Assembly: GCA_963749705.1 (NCBI GenBank)
Contig: CAVVNQ010000015.1
Coordinates: 352,001 to 416,000, forward strand
Direction of reading: 5' to 3'
Source: an uncultured Chloroflexia bacterium
Lineage (GTDB): Bacteria; Chloroflexota; Limnocylindria; Limnocylindrales; CSP1-4
DNA length: 64,000 nt
This document shows, in pieces, positions 32,318-42,636 of the stretch. The translations under genes were made by a program, and so were the position numbers. The notes below the pieces were generated by a model. The model was not told where the DNA came from. It saw only the letters and a list, made by a program, of their open reading frames with translations, and ran no database searches. Within the stretch, counting starts at the first letter, position 1; every line of letters begins with the position of its first letter.

Positions 32318-33561
32318 CCTCGCCCGATCAGCTGCGTCCCGCGCGCCGGCCAACGGTGTCGGTGGACGTCGGCGGCGTGCTCGTGGGATCCGCGCACCCG
32401 ATCGTCGTCCAGTCCATGACCAACACGGACACCGCAGATCCGGATGCGACGGCGATCCAGGTTGCCCGCCTCGCCCACGCGGGCAGCCAGCTGGTGCGGG
32501 TCACCGTCAACACGGACCAGGCGGCGGCCGCCGTCCCCGAGATGGTCGCAAAGGTTCGCGGCCTGGGTGTGGACGCCCCGATCATCGGCGACTTCCACTA
32601 CAACGGTCACAAGCTGCTGGTCGACTACCCGGAGATGGCGGCCGCGCTCGACAAGTACCGGATCAACCCGGGCAACGTCGGGACGAAGCATCACGACGTC
32701 AACTTCCAGACGATCGTGCGGGTCGCGGCGGACAACGGGAAGCCGGTCAGGATCGGGGTCAACTGGGGATCGCTGGACCAGCAGCTGCTGACCGATCTCA
32801 TGGAGGCCAACGCGAAGGCACCCGAGCCCCGCGAGGCACGGGACGTGATGATCGAGGCGATGATCGAGTCCGCGATGCGCTCGGCGGAGCTGGCCGAGGA
32901 GACCGGGCTGGGCCACGACCGGATCATCCTGTCGGCCAAGGTGTCGGGCGTCCGCGACCTCGTCGATACCTATCGTCTGCTGGCACCGCGCTCCGACTAC
33001 CCGCTCCACCTGGGCCTGACCGAGGCCGGCATGGGCATGAAGGGGATCGTGACGTCGACGGCGGGCCTCGCGATCCTGCTCAACGAAGGGATCGGCGACA
33101 CCATCCGGGTCTCGCTGACGCCGGAGCCGGGAGCCGGCCGCGAGCTCGAGGTCGAGGTTGCGCAGCAGGTCCTGCAGTCGATGGGACTCCGTTCGTTCCT
33201 GCCCCAGGTCTCCGCGTGCCCGGGTTGCGGACGGACGACGTCGACCTTCTTCCAGGAGATGGCGCGTGACATCACGGACCACCTCAAGCGCCGCATGCCG
33301 GAGTGGCGCGAGACGCACCCCGGCGTCGAGGAGCTCAAGGTCGCGGTGATGGGCTGCGTGGTCAACGGACCCGGGGAGTCCAAGCACGCGGACATCGGGA
33401 TCAGCCTGCCCGGCACATTCGAGGCGCCCGTGGCACCGGTGTTCGTGGACGGCAAGCTCGACCGCACGCTGCGCGGCGACGCGATCGTGCCCGAGTTCAT
33501 CGAGATCCTCGAGGCGTACGTCGACCGGCGGTACCTGCCGGACGCGGTCGAGGCGCGCTGA
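32314..33561 (+). CDS. ispG: (E)-4-hydroxy-3-methylbut-2-enyl-diphosphate synthase
   Basis: [38 protein letters not shown]. Confidence 0.97.
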   Translation: MTSPDQLRPARRPTVSVDVGGVLVGSAHPIVVQSMTNTDTADPDATAIQVARLAHAGSQLVRVTVNTDQAAAAVPEMVAKVRGLGVDAPIIGDFHYNGHKLLVDYPEMAAALDKYRINPGNVGTKHHDVNFQTIVRVAADNGKPVRIGVNWGSLDQQLLTDLMEANAKAPEPREARDVMIEAMIESAMRSAELAEETGLGHDRIILSAKVSGVRDLVDTYRLLAPRSDYPLHLGLTEAGMGMKGIVTSTAGLAILLNEGIGDTIRVSLTPEPGAGRELEVEVAQQVLQSMGLRSFLPQVSACPGCGRTTSTFFQEMARDITDHLKRRMPEWRETHPGVEELKVAVMGCVVNGPGESKHADIGISLPGTFEAPVAPVFVDGKLDRTLRGDAIVPEFIEILEAYVDRRYLPDAVEAR

Positions 33562-33586
33562 GCGCCGCCCGGAACGGCGTCGGGCC

Positions 33587-33620
33587 AGGTTCGCCCGCAG
33601 GTTCGCGCGGAGGTTCGTGC
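33587..33620. repeat. AGGTTCG x3 at a 12-nt period
   Basis: Copies at 33587, 33599 and 33611. Confidence 0.75.
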
Positions 33621-34013
33621 GGCGGGGGGCGCCGGCCGGCTCGCCGGCCCACCGCATGCCCGGCTGTTCGCTCCGCGTTCTTCCTGACATCTGTCCACGA
33701 GGCGAGCCTTCGCCGGATCCAGGGACCACTTGCGGAGATTCCGACTGTCGGATGTCCACCACACGGTCCGGCAGCCGGCACCGCGGCACGTTCGGGGGAG
33801 GACCTGGGCGGAACCGTTGGCGAACGCACGCTGCACGGACATCTGTCATGGTCAGGCGGCGGGAGGCCTGGCGGGCCACGTCGGCCGCCCGGGACGGAAG
33901 GCCGGGACGCGAGACCGGGACCCGCGCCGGGACAGGCCACGAGACAGGCGCCCGCCGGGAGCGATCCACGTACCCGGGTGTATACTTCCGCGGAATAACG
34001 CGGGGCCGCCACC

Positions 34014-34044
34014 AAACGTGGGTGACCAACCCACGTTTCTTTGT
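34014..34044 (+). terminator. Leader terminator/attenuator upstream of nusA (rimP-leader-like)
   Basis: Perfect 10-bp stem AAACGTGGGT-GACCA-ACCCACGTTT followed by CTTTGT; TATACT -10 box at 33981-33986. Confidence 0.75.
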
Positions 34045-34090
34045 GTCGCGGCGACCCTGCCGCCATCGAGCAGTGATCAGGAGGCGCATG

Positions 34091-35503
34091 ATGAGTCGCG
34101 ACTTCGTCGGTGCGCTGCTCCAGCTCAATGCCGAGAAGCAGGTATCGCGCGAGGCGCTCGTACGAGCGCTCGAGGAGGGGATCCAGGCCGCCTATCGGCG
34201 CGTCGCGGGCGAGGAGGACATCTTCGTCAAGGTCGAGCCCGACAGTGGCCGGATCGATGTCTACCGCGGCAGGTACGTCGTGGACGAGATCGAGGATCCG
34301 ATGGTCGAGGTGACCGTCGACGAGGCACGCCGGACGGACCCCGAGGCCAAGGCCGGCGACGTGATCGAGCTCGAGCAGCTCGACGGCGAGCATTTCGGTC
34401 GCATCGGCGCGCAGACCGCGAAGCAGATCATCCTGCAGCGGATCCGCGAGGTCGAGCGCGACCAGGTGTTCGACCAGTTCGCGAGCCGTGAGGGCGAGCT
34501 CATCACGGGCTCGGTGAGCCGGGTCGAGCCACGCGCGATCATCCTCGACGTCGGCAAGGGCGTGGAGGCGATTCTCGCCACCAGCGAGCAGAGCCCGCTC
34601 GAGCACTATCGCATCGGGCAGCCGGTCAAGGCATTCGTGCTCGAGGTGCGCCGCTCCGCGCGGGGACCCCAGATCCTCGTCTCGCGGACGCACAAGGGCT
34701 TCCTGCGGCGGCTGTTCGAGCTCGAGGTGCCCGAGATCCACGGGGGCACGGTCGAGGTCAAGGCCATCGCGCGCGAGGCCGGCAGCCGCTCGAAGGTTGC
34801 GGTGGCGTCGCGTCAGGACGGGCTCGATCCCGTGGGGGCGGCGGTCGGACAGCGGGGCACGCGGGTGCAGGCGGTCGTGGCCGAGCTTGCGGGTGAGAAG
34901 ATCGATGTCATCCCATGGAACGACGATGCATCCGTGTTCGTCGCCAACGCGCTGTCGCCGGCCCAGGTCCTCGGCGTACAGATCGACGAGGAGCACCGGA
35001 TCGCCAGCGTGACCGTGCCCGAGCGGATGCTGTCGCTCGCGATCGGCCGTGAGGGCCAGAACGCGCGGCTGGCCGCGCGGTTGACCGGCTGGCGGATCGA
35101 CATCCGCAGCGACGTGGTCAGCGCCGAGCCCGCAGCCGAGGCGCCGGCCGGCGAGGCGCCCGCAGCCGAGGCGCCCGCCACCGAACCGCGAGCCGGCGAG
35201 GCACCGCCCGCAGCCGAGGCGCCCGCCACCGAAATGCCGGTCGCGGTGGCGCCCGCGACGGAAGCGCCCGCCGCCGAAGCCCCGGCCGCAGGACCGTCGG
35301 ACGCCGCCGGGCCCGCGAGCGAAGGGGTCGAGCTGCCCGAGGCCGCTCAGGCCAGCGCCCCGGCCGACGGCGCCGCGACCGCGGCGACGGCCACAGAGGC
35401 GCCGCCCGCCGAGCCGGCGAGCGACGCCGCACCCGCCGAGCCGGCCGCGCCGGCGAAGCCCAAGCGGTCGCGCAAGAAGGTCAACGAGGAGGTGTCGTCG
35501 TAG
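34091..35503 (+). CDS. nusA: Transcription termination factor NusA with an Ala/Pro/Glu repeat tail
   Basis: FGRIGAQTAKQ, LFELEVPEI, AREAGSRSK, AIGREGQNARLAARLTGWRIDI. Confidence 0.97.
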   Translation: MSRDFVGALLQLNAEKQVSREALVRALEEGIQAAYRRVAGEEDIFVKVEPDSGRIDVYRGRYVVDEIEDPMVEVTVDEARRTDPEAKAGDVIELEQLDGEHFGRIGAQTAKQIILQRIREVERDQVFDQFASREGELITGSVSRVEPRAIILDVGKGVEAILATSEQSPLEHYRIGQPVKAFVLEVRRSARGPQILVSRTHKGFLRRLFELEVPEIHGGTVEVKAIAREAGSRSKVAVASRQDGLDPVGAAVGQRGTRVQAVVAELAGEKIDVIPWNDDASVFVANALSPAQVLGVQIDEEHRIASVTVPERMLSLAIGREGQNARLAARLTGWRIDIRSDVVSAEPAAEAPAGEAPAAEAPATEPRAGEAPPAAEAPATEMPVAVAPATEAPAAEAPAAGPSDAAGPASEGVELPEAAQASAPADGAATAATATEAPPAEPASDAAPAEPAAPAKPKRSRKKVNEEVSS

Positions 35504-35892
35504 CCGGGGCGGCCGGAGCGAGCCGGCCTATCCAGGCACGCCGCCCGCCGCAGCGGAGCTGCGTCGCGTGTCGCACGGCGCGGCCCAAGCGCGACCTGGT
35601 CCGGATCGTGCGTGCGCCCGACGGCACCATCGCGATCGATCCGACCGGCCGGGCCGCCGGGCGCGGCGCATACCTGTGCCACGACGCGGCCTGCTGGCAG
35701 ACCGCCGGCCGGAAGCGCGCCCTCGAGCATGCGCTCGGGACGTCGCTGCCGGGATCCATCATCGAACTTCTCGCGGCCGGGCCCGACGCGGTCGCCGCCA
35801 CCAACAGCAACCATCCGGCGGGTGCCCAGGGCGCCCGCCCCATCCCGAACCCCGACCCGATCACCGAAGGAGGAGCCCGTGGCCAGGAGTAG
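35500..35892 (+). CDS. YlxR/DUF448 (RnpM-like) RNA-binding protein; start codon uncertain, probably non-canonical
   Basis: PQRSCVACRTARPKRDLVRIVR lies in frame upstream of the first GTG (35608); GRGAYLC motif; nusA-ylxR-infB synteny. Confidence 0.85.
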   Translation, partial: VAGAAGASRPIQARRPPQRSCVACRTARPKRDLVRIVRAPDGTIAIDPTGRAAGRGAYLCHDAACWQTAGRKRALEHALGTSLPGSIIELLAAGPDAVAATNSNHPAGAQGARPIPNPDPITEGGARGQE

Positions 35893-37786
35893 GAGCGGTA
35901 CCCGCGGCCGACGCGGCCCGCGCAAGCCCCCGCGACGTACCGGCAGCTTCGCGCCGGGCGCCGTCACGGTCGTCGATCCGAGCGAGCGCGGCCCGATCGA
36001 GCTGCCCTCGACGATCACCGTCAAGGAGCTCGCCGAGCTGCTCGGAGTCAACCCCGCGGACATCATCCGCGAGCTCATCAAGAGCGGCATCTTCGCGACC
36101 ATCAACCAGCTCATCGACCGCGACACGGCGTCGCTGGTCGCGGAGGAGCTGGGTTACGAGGTCGCCGAGGCCAACGCCGCCTCGGCCAGCGCCGAGGACG
36201 AGGAGGGAAGCGGCCCGCCCGCGGAGGCGACCAAGGAGGTCCTGTTCGAGGAGGACGCCGCCGCCGACCTCGTCGGCCGTGCGCCGATCGTGACCGTCAT
36301 GGGCCACGTCGACCATGGCAAGACCAGCCTGCTCGACGCGATCCGCTCGACCACGGTCGCGGCGGGGGAGCGTGGCGGGATCACGCAGCACATCGGTGCG
36401 TCGGAGATCACCACCAAGGACGGCAAGCGGCTCGTGTTCCTCGACACCCCGGGTCACGAGGCGTTCACCTCGATGCGTGCCCGTGGTGCGCGCGTCACCG
36501 ACATCGCCGTGATCGTCGTCGCGGCCGATGACGGCGTGATGCCCCAGACGCTCGAGGCGATCAGCCATGCCAAGGCGGCCAAGGTGCCGCTGGTGATCGC
36601 GATGAACAAGATCGACCGTGCCGAGGCCAACCCGGACCGGGTTCGGACCGAGCTGGCCGAAGCCGGCGTCGTGGTCGAGGACTACGGTGGCGATACGCCG
36701 CTCGTGCCGGTCTCGGCCAAGACCCGGGTGGGCATCGACGCGCTGCTCGAGATGATCCTGCTCGTGGCGGATCTCCAGGAGCTCAAGGCGAACCCCAAGC
36801 GGTCCGCCATCGGGACGGTGATCGAGGCGCAGCTCACCAAGGGCCGCGGACCCGTCGCGACGATCATCATCCAGACGGGCACGCTGCGCGTCGGCGACAT
36901 CGTCACGGTGGGCAACACCTGGGGCAAGATCAAGGCCCTGGAGAACAGCGAGGGCAAGCGGACCGCGAAGGCCGGCCCCGCGTCCGCCGTCGTCGTGCTC
37001 GGCCTCAACGACGTCCCCGAGGCCGGCGACGTCATGCGCGTCGTGGCCGACGAGAAGGCCGCCCGCGGCGTGGTCGAAGGCCGCAAGATCGAGCAGGCCA
37101 CCCGTGAGGGCGGCGGCGCGAGCCGAGCCACGCTCGAGGACCTGTACCGGCAGATCCAGGCCGGCCAGGCCAAGGAGCTGCGGCTGATCCTCAAGGCCGA
37201 CGTGTCGGGCTCGCTGGGCGCGATCACGCATGCGCTCGAGCAGCTGGGCACGGACGAGGTCAAGATCAACGTCCTGCTCGAGGCCGCGGGCGACATCACC
37301 GACAACGACATCATGCTGGCCACCGCATCGAACGCGATCGTGGTCGGCTTCAACACCGGGATCACCGACACCGCGCGGCGCGAGGCCGAGGCCGAGGGCG
37401 TCGACGTCCGGCAGTACGACATCATCTACAAGCTGACCGACGACATCGATGCCGCCCTCAAGGGCATGCTCGAGCCGGAGATCGTGGAGGTGATCGAGGG
37501 CCGGGCCGAGGTGCGCCAGATCTTCCGGGTGGGCAAGAGCACGGTCATCGCCGGCTGCTACGTCACCGACGGCCGGATCGTCCGCGCCGGCGGCGTCCGC
37601 GTCTGGCGCGGCGGCAAGGTCGTGGCCACCGACCGGATCGAATCGCTGCGGCGCTTCCGGGACGATGTCCGTGAGGTCGCGCAGAACTTCGAGTGCGGCA
37701 TCGGCCTGGTCGGCTACAACGACCTGGTCGAGGGTGACATCATCGAGTGCTTCACCAACCAGACCCGCAGCCGGGTGACCGGCTGA
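35879..37786 (+). CDS. infB: Translation initiation factor IF-2 (short form)
   Basis: [34 protein letters not shown]; GTG after GAAGGAGG. Confidence 0.98.
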   Translation: MARSRSGTRGRRGPRKPPRRTGSFAPGAVTVVDPSERGPIELPSTITVKELAELLGVNPADIIRELIKSGIFATINQLIDRDTASLVAEELGYEVAEANAASASAEDEEGSGPPAEATKEVLFEEDAAADLVGRAPIVTVMGHVDHGKTSLLDAIRSTTVAAGERGGITQHIGASEITTKDGKRLVFLDTPGHEAFTSMRARGARVTDIAVIVVAADDGVMPQTLEAISHAKAAKVPLVIAMNKIDRAEANPDRVRTELAEAGVVVEDYGGDTPLVPVSAKTRVGIDALLEMILLVADLQELKANPKRSAIGTVIEAQLTKGRGPVATIIIQTGTLRVGDIVTVGNTWGKIKALENSEGKRTAKAGPASAVVVLGLNDVPEAGDVMRVVADEKAARGVVEGRKIEQATREGGGASRATLEDLYRQIQAGQAKELRLILKADVSGSLGAITHALEQLGTDEVKINVLLEAAGDITDNDIMLATASNAIVVGFNTGITDTARREAEAEGVDVRQYDIIYKLTDDIDAALKGMLEPEIVEVIEGRAEVRQIFRVGKSTVIAGCYVTDGRIVRAGGVRVWRGGKVVATDRIESLRRFRDDVREVAQNFECGIGLVGYNDLVEGDIIECFTNQTRSRVTG

Positions 37787-37839
37787 ATCCTCGGGCCGAC
37801 GGCTCGCAGGAGCGTCGCCTCGGACCTGGGAGGGTCACG

Positions 37840-38406
37840 ATGAGCCAGCGTACCCAGCGCGTCGATGAGCTGCTTCGCCAGGAGATCGGTGCGCTGCTGG
37901 CCAAGGAGATCGCGGATCCCCGGATCGGGTTCGTGACCATCACTGAGGTCGAGACAGCGCCCGACCTGCGGCATGCCAAGGTGTGGGTCAGCGTGATCGG
38001 CGGCAAGACCGATCGCGACGAGACCGTACGCGCGCTCCAGCAGGCGATGGGCTACGTGCGGCACCAGCTGGGGCAGCGGCTGCGCATCCGGCGGATCCCG
38101 GAGCTCCACGTCCGGCTCGACGATTCGGCCGAGCGTGGCACCCGGCTGCTGCACCTGATCAACGAGCTCGAGTCGGGTGCGGACCCCGAGGCCATCACCC
38201 CGCTCGACGAGGACCTGCCGACGCCGGTCCAGCGGCTGCCCCACGAGGGCGATACCCCGGACACGGACGCCGGGGAGACGCAGGCGCCGACGCCGGCGCC
38301 GGCCGGCCGCCGGCCGTCGACCCGCCGGGGACCCGGTGGCAGCCGCGCGGGCCGCGGCGCGCCCCCGCGCAGCGAGGCCCGGAAGCCTCGCAGCCACCGC
38401 GGATGA
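37840..38406 (+). CDS. rbfA: Ribosome-binding factor A
   Basis: DPRIGFVTITEV, DLRHAKV, RRIPEL; basic low-complexity tail. Confidence 0.95.
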   Translation: MSQRTQRVDELLRQEIGALLAKEIADPRIGFVTITEVETAPDLRHAKVWVSVIGGKTDRDETVRALQQAMGYVRHQLGQRLRIRRIPELHVRLDDSAERGTRLLHLINELESGADPEAITPLDEDLPTPVQRLPHEGDTPDTDAGETQAPTPAPAGRRPSTRRGPGGSRAGRGAPPRSEARKPRSHRG

Positions 38407-39434
38407 GCACGGCTCTCGTCCTCGCCGACATCGCCCGGTCGGTGGTGCCGGATCCCGTGCTGGCGCGGCTGCGTGGCGCCCGGAACGTGCTGGCCGTCGG
38501 CCATGAGAACCCCGACGCGGACACGCTCGGCGCGACCCTCGCGGTGTGCGCGATCGTGGAGGCGCTGGGCGGCCGCGCGACGCCCGTGTGCACCGACCCG
38601 GTCCCGCCGCTGTACTCGTTCATTCCGGGCGTGGACCGCTTCCGGACGGACCCCGAGCCCGACCAGGCCTACGACCTGGTGGTGATCTCCGACTGCGGCT
38701 CGTTCGAGCGGGTGGGAGACGTCGCCGGGCGCCATGCCGACCTGTTCGCGGCGCTGCCGCACGTGATCATCGATCACCATGCCTCGAACGACGCGGCGGG
38801 CGAGGCCGACTGGATCGATCCCGGCGCTGCGGCGACCTGCGAGCTGGTCACGCTGCTCGCGACCCGGCTGGATGTGCCCCTGGCGACCGGCCACGGGTCG
38901 CTGGCGACCGCGCTGATGGCGGGTGTCGTCATGGACACCGCGACGTTCGCGCATCCGAACGCGACGCCCCGCACGCTCGCCGTCGCAGCGGCGCTCGTCG
39001 AGGCGGGCGCGCCGCTGTCGGACATCTCGCGCCGCCTGTACCGGACGAAGCCCGATTCGCAGCTGCGGCTGTTCGGCCGGGTGCTCGACCGGCTCGAGGC
39101 CACCGATGACCACCTCGTGGTGTGGTCCGACCTGCGGCTGGCCGACCTTGCGGCGACGGGAGCGCTGCCGACCCACTCCGAGGGCATCATCGACCTCCTG
39201 GCGCAGGCCGAGGAGGCGGAGGTGTCGATGCTGCTCAAGGAGCAGGCGGACGGGACGACACGGCTCAGCGTGCGCACCCGGCCCGGGGGCGTGGACGCAA
39301 CGACGCTGACGGGGGTGTTCGGTGGCGGCGGCCACGCCCGGGCGGCCGGCGCCTCGATCGACGCCCCACTGGCAGAGGCCACGGAACGGGCCCGCGAGGT
39401 GGCCGTCCGGCTGGCAGCCCAGGTTCGCCGGTGA
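38403..39434 (+). CDS. nrnA: DHH/DHHA1 phosphoesterase (nanoRNase/pAp phosphatase NrnA-like)
   Basis: HENPDAD, IDHH, DT, SVR, GGGGHARAAG. Confidence 0.9.
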   Translation: MSTALVLADIARSVVPDPVLARLRGARNVLAVGHENPDADTLGATLAVCAIVEALGGRATPVCTDPVPPLYSFIPGVDRFRTDPEPDQAYDLVVISDCGSFERVGDVAGRHADLFAALPHVIIDHHASNDAAGEADWIDPGAAATCELVTLLATRLDVPLATGHGSLATALMAGVVMDTATFAHPNATPRTLAVAAALVEAGAPLSDISRRLYRTKPDSQLRLFGRVLDRLEATDDHLVVWSDLRLADLAATGALPTHSEGIIDLLAQAEEAEVSMLLKEQADGTTRLSVRTRPGGVDATTLTGVFGGGGHARAAGASIDAPLAEATERAREVAVRLAAQVRR

Positions 39435-40414
39435 GGCGGGGCGACCGCAGCGGCGGGCTGGACGGCGTCCTCGTCGTCGCCAAGCCGTCGGGCCCCACCT
39501 CGCACGACGTGGTGAGCCTGGTGCGACGGCTGTCGTCCACGCGGCGGGTCGGCCACGGGGGAACGCTGGATCCGTTCGCCGCGGGCGTGCTGCCGGTGTT
39601 CCTGGGACGGGCGACCCGGCTGGTCGAGTACCACCTCGGGGCGACCAAGTCGTACCGCGCCACGATCTGCTTCGGCGCCACCTCGACCACGGACGATCTC
39701 GACGGCGAGCGGACACCGATCGATGGCCCGCCGGTCACCCGCCCCGCGCTCCAGGCAGCCCTGGGCGCGTTCACCGGTCCGATCCGGCAGGTTCCGCCGG
39801 TGTACAGCGCCGTCCAGATCGCGGGACGCCGGGCGTACCAGATGGCCCGCGCCGGGGAGATCGTCGAGCTGGCACCGCGGGACGTGGTGATCCACTCGCT
39901 GGCGATCCGTGAATGGGACGACAGCGACGCGGAGCGGCCGGTCGCGGTGGTCGATGTCGAGTGCGCCGCCGGCACCTACGTCCGCGCGCTGGCGCGGGAC
40001 ATCGGTGAGCACCTCGGCAGCGGGGCGTACCTCGGCGCCCTCGTCCGCACCGCGTCCGGCGACTTCCGGCTCGATGAAGCGGTGTCGCTGGACGAGCTCC
40101 GCGCCCATGCCGCGGACGGGCCGGCCGGGGTGCTGCGAGCGCTGCGACCCATCGACGCCGGGCTCGAGCACCTTCCCCACGCCCCCGTGACCGACGACGA
40201 GGTCCGGCGCCTGGGCGAGGGCCTGATCACGGCCCCGAAGACGCCGCTCCCGGTCCGCGATGCGCCGCTCGTGCTCGCGGTCGGCAGCGACGGGCGGGTT
40301 GTCGCCGTGTGCCGCGCGGTCAGCGGCGCGCTCCATCCTCACAAGGTGCTGGCGGATCGCCCGGCCGAGGCCGGACGGCCGCTCCGCCGCGCGACCGCGG
40401 GCGACGCGGTCTGA
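39431..40414 (+). CDS. truB: tRNA pseudouridine(55) synthase
   Basis: KPSGPTSHDVV, GHGGTLDP, GTYVRALARD. Confidence 0.96.
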   Translation: MRRGDRSGGLDGVLVVAKPSGPTSHDVVSLVRRLSSTRRVGHGGTLDPFAAGVLPVFLGRATRLVEYHLGATKSYRATICFGATSTTDDLDGERTPIDGPPVTRPALQAALGAFTGPIRQVPPVYSAVQIAGRRAYQMARAGEIVELAPRDVVIHSLAIREWDDSDAERPVAVVDVECAAGTYVRALARDIGEHLGSGAYLGALVRTASGDFRLDEAVSLDELRAHAADGPAGVLRALRPIDAGLEHLPHAPVTDDEVRRLGEGLITAPKTPLPVRDAPLVLAVGSDGRVVAVCRAVSGALHPHKVLADRPAEAGRPLRRATAGDAV

Positions 40415-41193
40415 TGGACGTCGCCGCCGGGCTGCGCAACCTGGATCATTCGCCCGACCCCGTGTTCGTCGTGGTCGGCGTGTTCGACGGGCTGCACCTC
40501 GGCCATGCCTACCTGCTGCGGCACCTGGTCGCCGAGGCGTCGTCCCGCACGGCCCGGCCGGTCGTCATCACGTTCGACCACCATCCCGACGAGATCATCA
40601 CGGGCAGCGCGCCACCGCTGCTGTGCGACCCGGCCGAGCGGCTGGAGCGGCTGGCCGCCGCGGGCGTGGACACGACCGTGGTCGTCCACTTCGACCGCCA
40701 GCTCCGCGAGACGACCTACGACGCATTCGTGGCGATGATCGCGGCCCGCGCGCCGGTCGCGGGGTTCCTGATGACGCCCGATGCCGCGTTCGGCTACCAG
40801 CGGGCCGGCACCCCCGACGCGTTGGCGGCGCTGGGACGGACGGAGGCGTTCGAGGTCGTCGTCGTGCCGCCGCTCGAGCTCGACGGACGGCCGGTCCGAA
40901 GCACCGAGGTCCGGGACGCGATCGCGACCGGCGACCTCGATCGCGCCGCACGGCTGCTCGGCCGGCCGCACGCCGTGGTCGGATCGGCAACGCCGGACGC
41001 GGACGGGGTGCACCTCGCGTTCGCGCTGCCGGTCGCCATGCCACCGGACGGGCAGTACCGGGTGAACATCGACGACGCGGGGGAGGGGACCGCCATGGTG
41101 CGCGACGGGACGGTCCGGCTGCCCGATCATCCGGCTGGGCGCGCGGTCCGGGTGGCGTTTCTCGAGCGCCTGTCCGTGCCGGCGAGGCGTTGA
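40414..41193 (+). CDS. ribF: FAD synthetase (RibF N-terminal adenylyltransferase domain) with a degenerate kinase domain
   Basis: GVFDGLHLGH, TFDHHP, RSTEVR, LLGRP; no GFPTAN kinase motif; 259 aa. Confidence 0.8.
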   Translation: MDVAAGLRNLDHSPDPVFVVVGVFDGLHLGHAYLLRHLVAEASSRTARPVVITFDHHPDEIITGSAPPLLCDPAERLERLAAAGVDTTVVVHFDRQLRETTYDAFVAMIAARAPVAGFLMTPDAAFGYQRAGTPDALAALGRTEAFEVVVVPPLELDGRPVRSTEVRDAIATGDLDRAARLLGRPHAVVGSATPDADGVHLAFALPVAMPPDGQYRVNIDDAGEGTAMVRDGTVRLPDHPAGRAVRVAFLERLSVPARR

Positions 41194-41218
41194 CCGACTT
41201 GGGGCGGGTATGTAATAT
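41190..41218 (+). promoter_or_regulatory. Sigma70-type promoter for xylAB
   Basis: TTGACC-N17-TAATAT. Confidence 0.7.
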
Positions 41219-41296
41219 GGTCGTACAAATGCGCCACGTGGACCTCCTGTCGGTGGCCGCGGCGCGGGTGGGGCGAACCGCATGGAGGTAACGGGC

Positions 41297-42631
41297 GTGG
41301 GCCAGGACTTCTTTACGGAGGTGCCGGCGCCGATCCCGTTCGGCGGCCTCGATTCGACGGATCCGCTGGCATTCAAGGTCTATCAGCCGGACCGGATGGT
41401 GCTCGGCAAGCGGATGGAGGACCACCTGCGGCCGGGCGTGTGCTTCTGGCACTCGTTCTCGTGGGACGGCCGCGACATGTTCGGGATCGCGACGCTCGAC
41501 CGGCCGTGGCTCACCGCCGCCGACGAGATGGGCGGCGCCCGGACGAGGATGGCCGCCGCGTTCGAGTTCTTCACCAAGCTGGGCACCCCGTACTACTGCT
41601 TCCATGATCGGGACGTGGCGCCCGAGGGAGACTCGTTCGCGACCTTCCGCGACAACCTGGACGCGCTCACGGACGACGCGCTGGGATACCAGGAGCGCAC
41701 CGGTGTCCGGCTGCTGTGGGGCACGGCCAACCTGTTCACCCATCCGCGCTACCAGGGCGGCGCGGCGACCAACCCCGATCCCGAGGTGTTCGCGTACGCC
41801 GCCGCGCAGGTCAAGCACATGCTCGAGGTGACCCAGCGCCTGGGTGGCAGCAACTACGTCCTGTGGGGCGGCCGCGAGGGCTACGACACGCTGCTCAACA
41901 CGGACCTCCGCCGCGAGCAGGCGCAGCTGGCCCGGTTCCTGCACCTGGTGGCCGAACACAAGGCAAAGATCGGCTTCCAGGGGCAGCTGCTGATCGAGCC
42001 CAAGCCACAGGAGCCGACCAAGCACCAGTACGACTACGACGTGGCTACGGTGCACGGCTTCCTCGTCCGCAACGGGCTCGAGGGTGAGTACCGGGTCAAC
42101 ATCGAGGCCAACCACGCGACGCTCGCGGGCCACAGCTTCCACCACGAGGTCGCGTTCGCCGCCGCCAACGGGGTGCTGGGCAGCATCGATGCCAACCGGG
42201 GCGATCCCCAGAACGGCTGGGACACCGACCAGTTCCCGAACTCCGTCGATGACCTGGTGATGCCCATCTACGAGATCCTGCGAAACGGCGGCCTGGAGCC
42301 GGGCGGCTTCAACTTCGACGCCAAGCTGCGCCGCCAGAGCACCGACCGGACCGACCTGTTCTACGCCCACATCGGCGGCCTCGATACGCTCGCACGGGCG
42401 CTGCTGGCGGCCGCCGACCTGGTGACGGACGGCGCGCTCGCAGCCCGGGTCGATGCGCGCTACGCGGGCTGGTCGGGCGAGCTGGGAGCGGCGATCCTCG
42501 ACGGGCGCGAGAGCCTGGACTCCCTCGAGGCCAAGGTCGCGTCAGGACAGATCGACCCGAGCCCTGTCTCGGGTCACCAGGAGCTGCTCGAGAACCTGGT
42601 CAACCAGCGGACCTGGGCCGCCGGTCGCTGA
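41297..42631 (+). CDS. xylA: Xylose isomerase (class II)
   Basis: [34 protein letters not shown]; GTG after GGAGG (alternative ATG at 41282). Confidence 0.97.
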   Translation: MGQDFFTEVPAPIPFGGLDSTDPLAFKVYQPDRMVLGKRMEDHLRPGVCFWHSFSWDGRDMFGIATLDRPWLTAADEMGGARTRMAAAFEFFTKLGTPYYCFHDRDVAPEGDSFATFRDNLDALTDDALGYQERTGVRLLWGTANLFTHPRYQGGAATNPDPEVFAYAAAQVKHMLEVTQRLGGSNYVLWGGREGYDTLLNTDLRREQAQLARFLHLVAEHKAKIGFQGQLLIEPKPQEPTKHQYDYDVATVHGFLVRNGLEGEYRVNIEANHATLAGHSFHHEVAFAAANGVLGSIDANRGDPQNGWDTDQFPNSVDDLVMPIYEILRNGGLEPGGFNFDAKLRRQSTDRTDLFYAHIGGLDTLARALLAAADLVTDGALAARVDARYAGWSGELGAAILDGRESLDSLEAKVASGQIDPSPVSGHQELLENLVNQRTWAAGR

Positions 42632-42636
42632 TCCCG

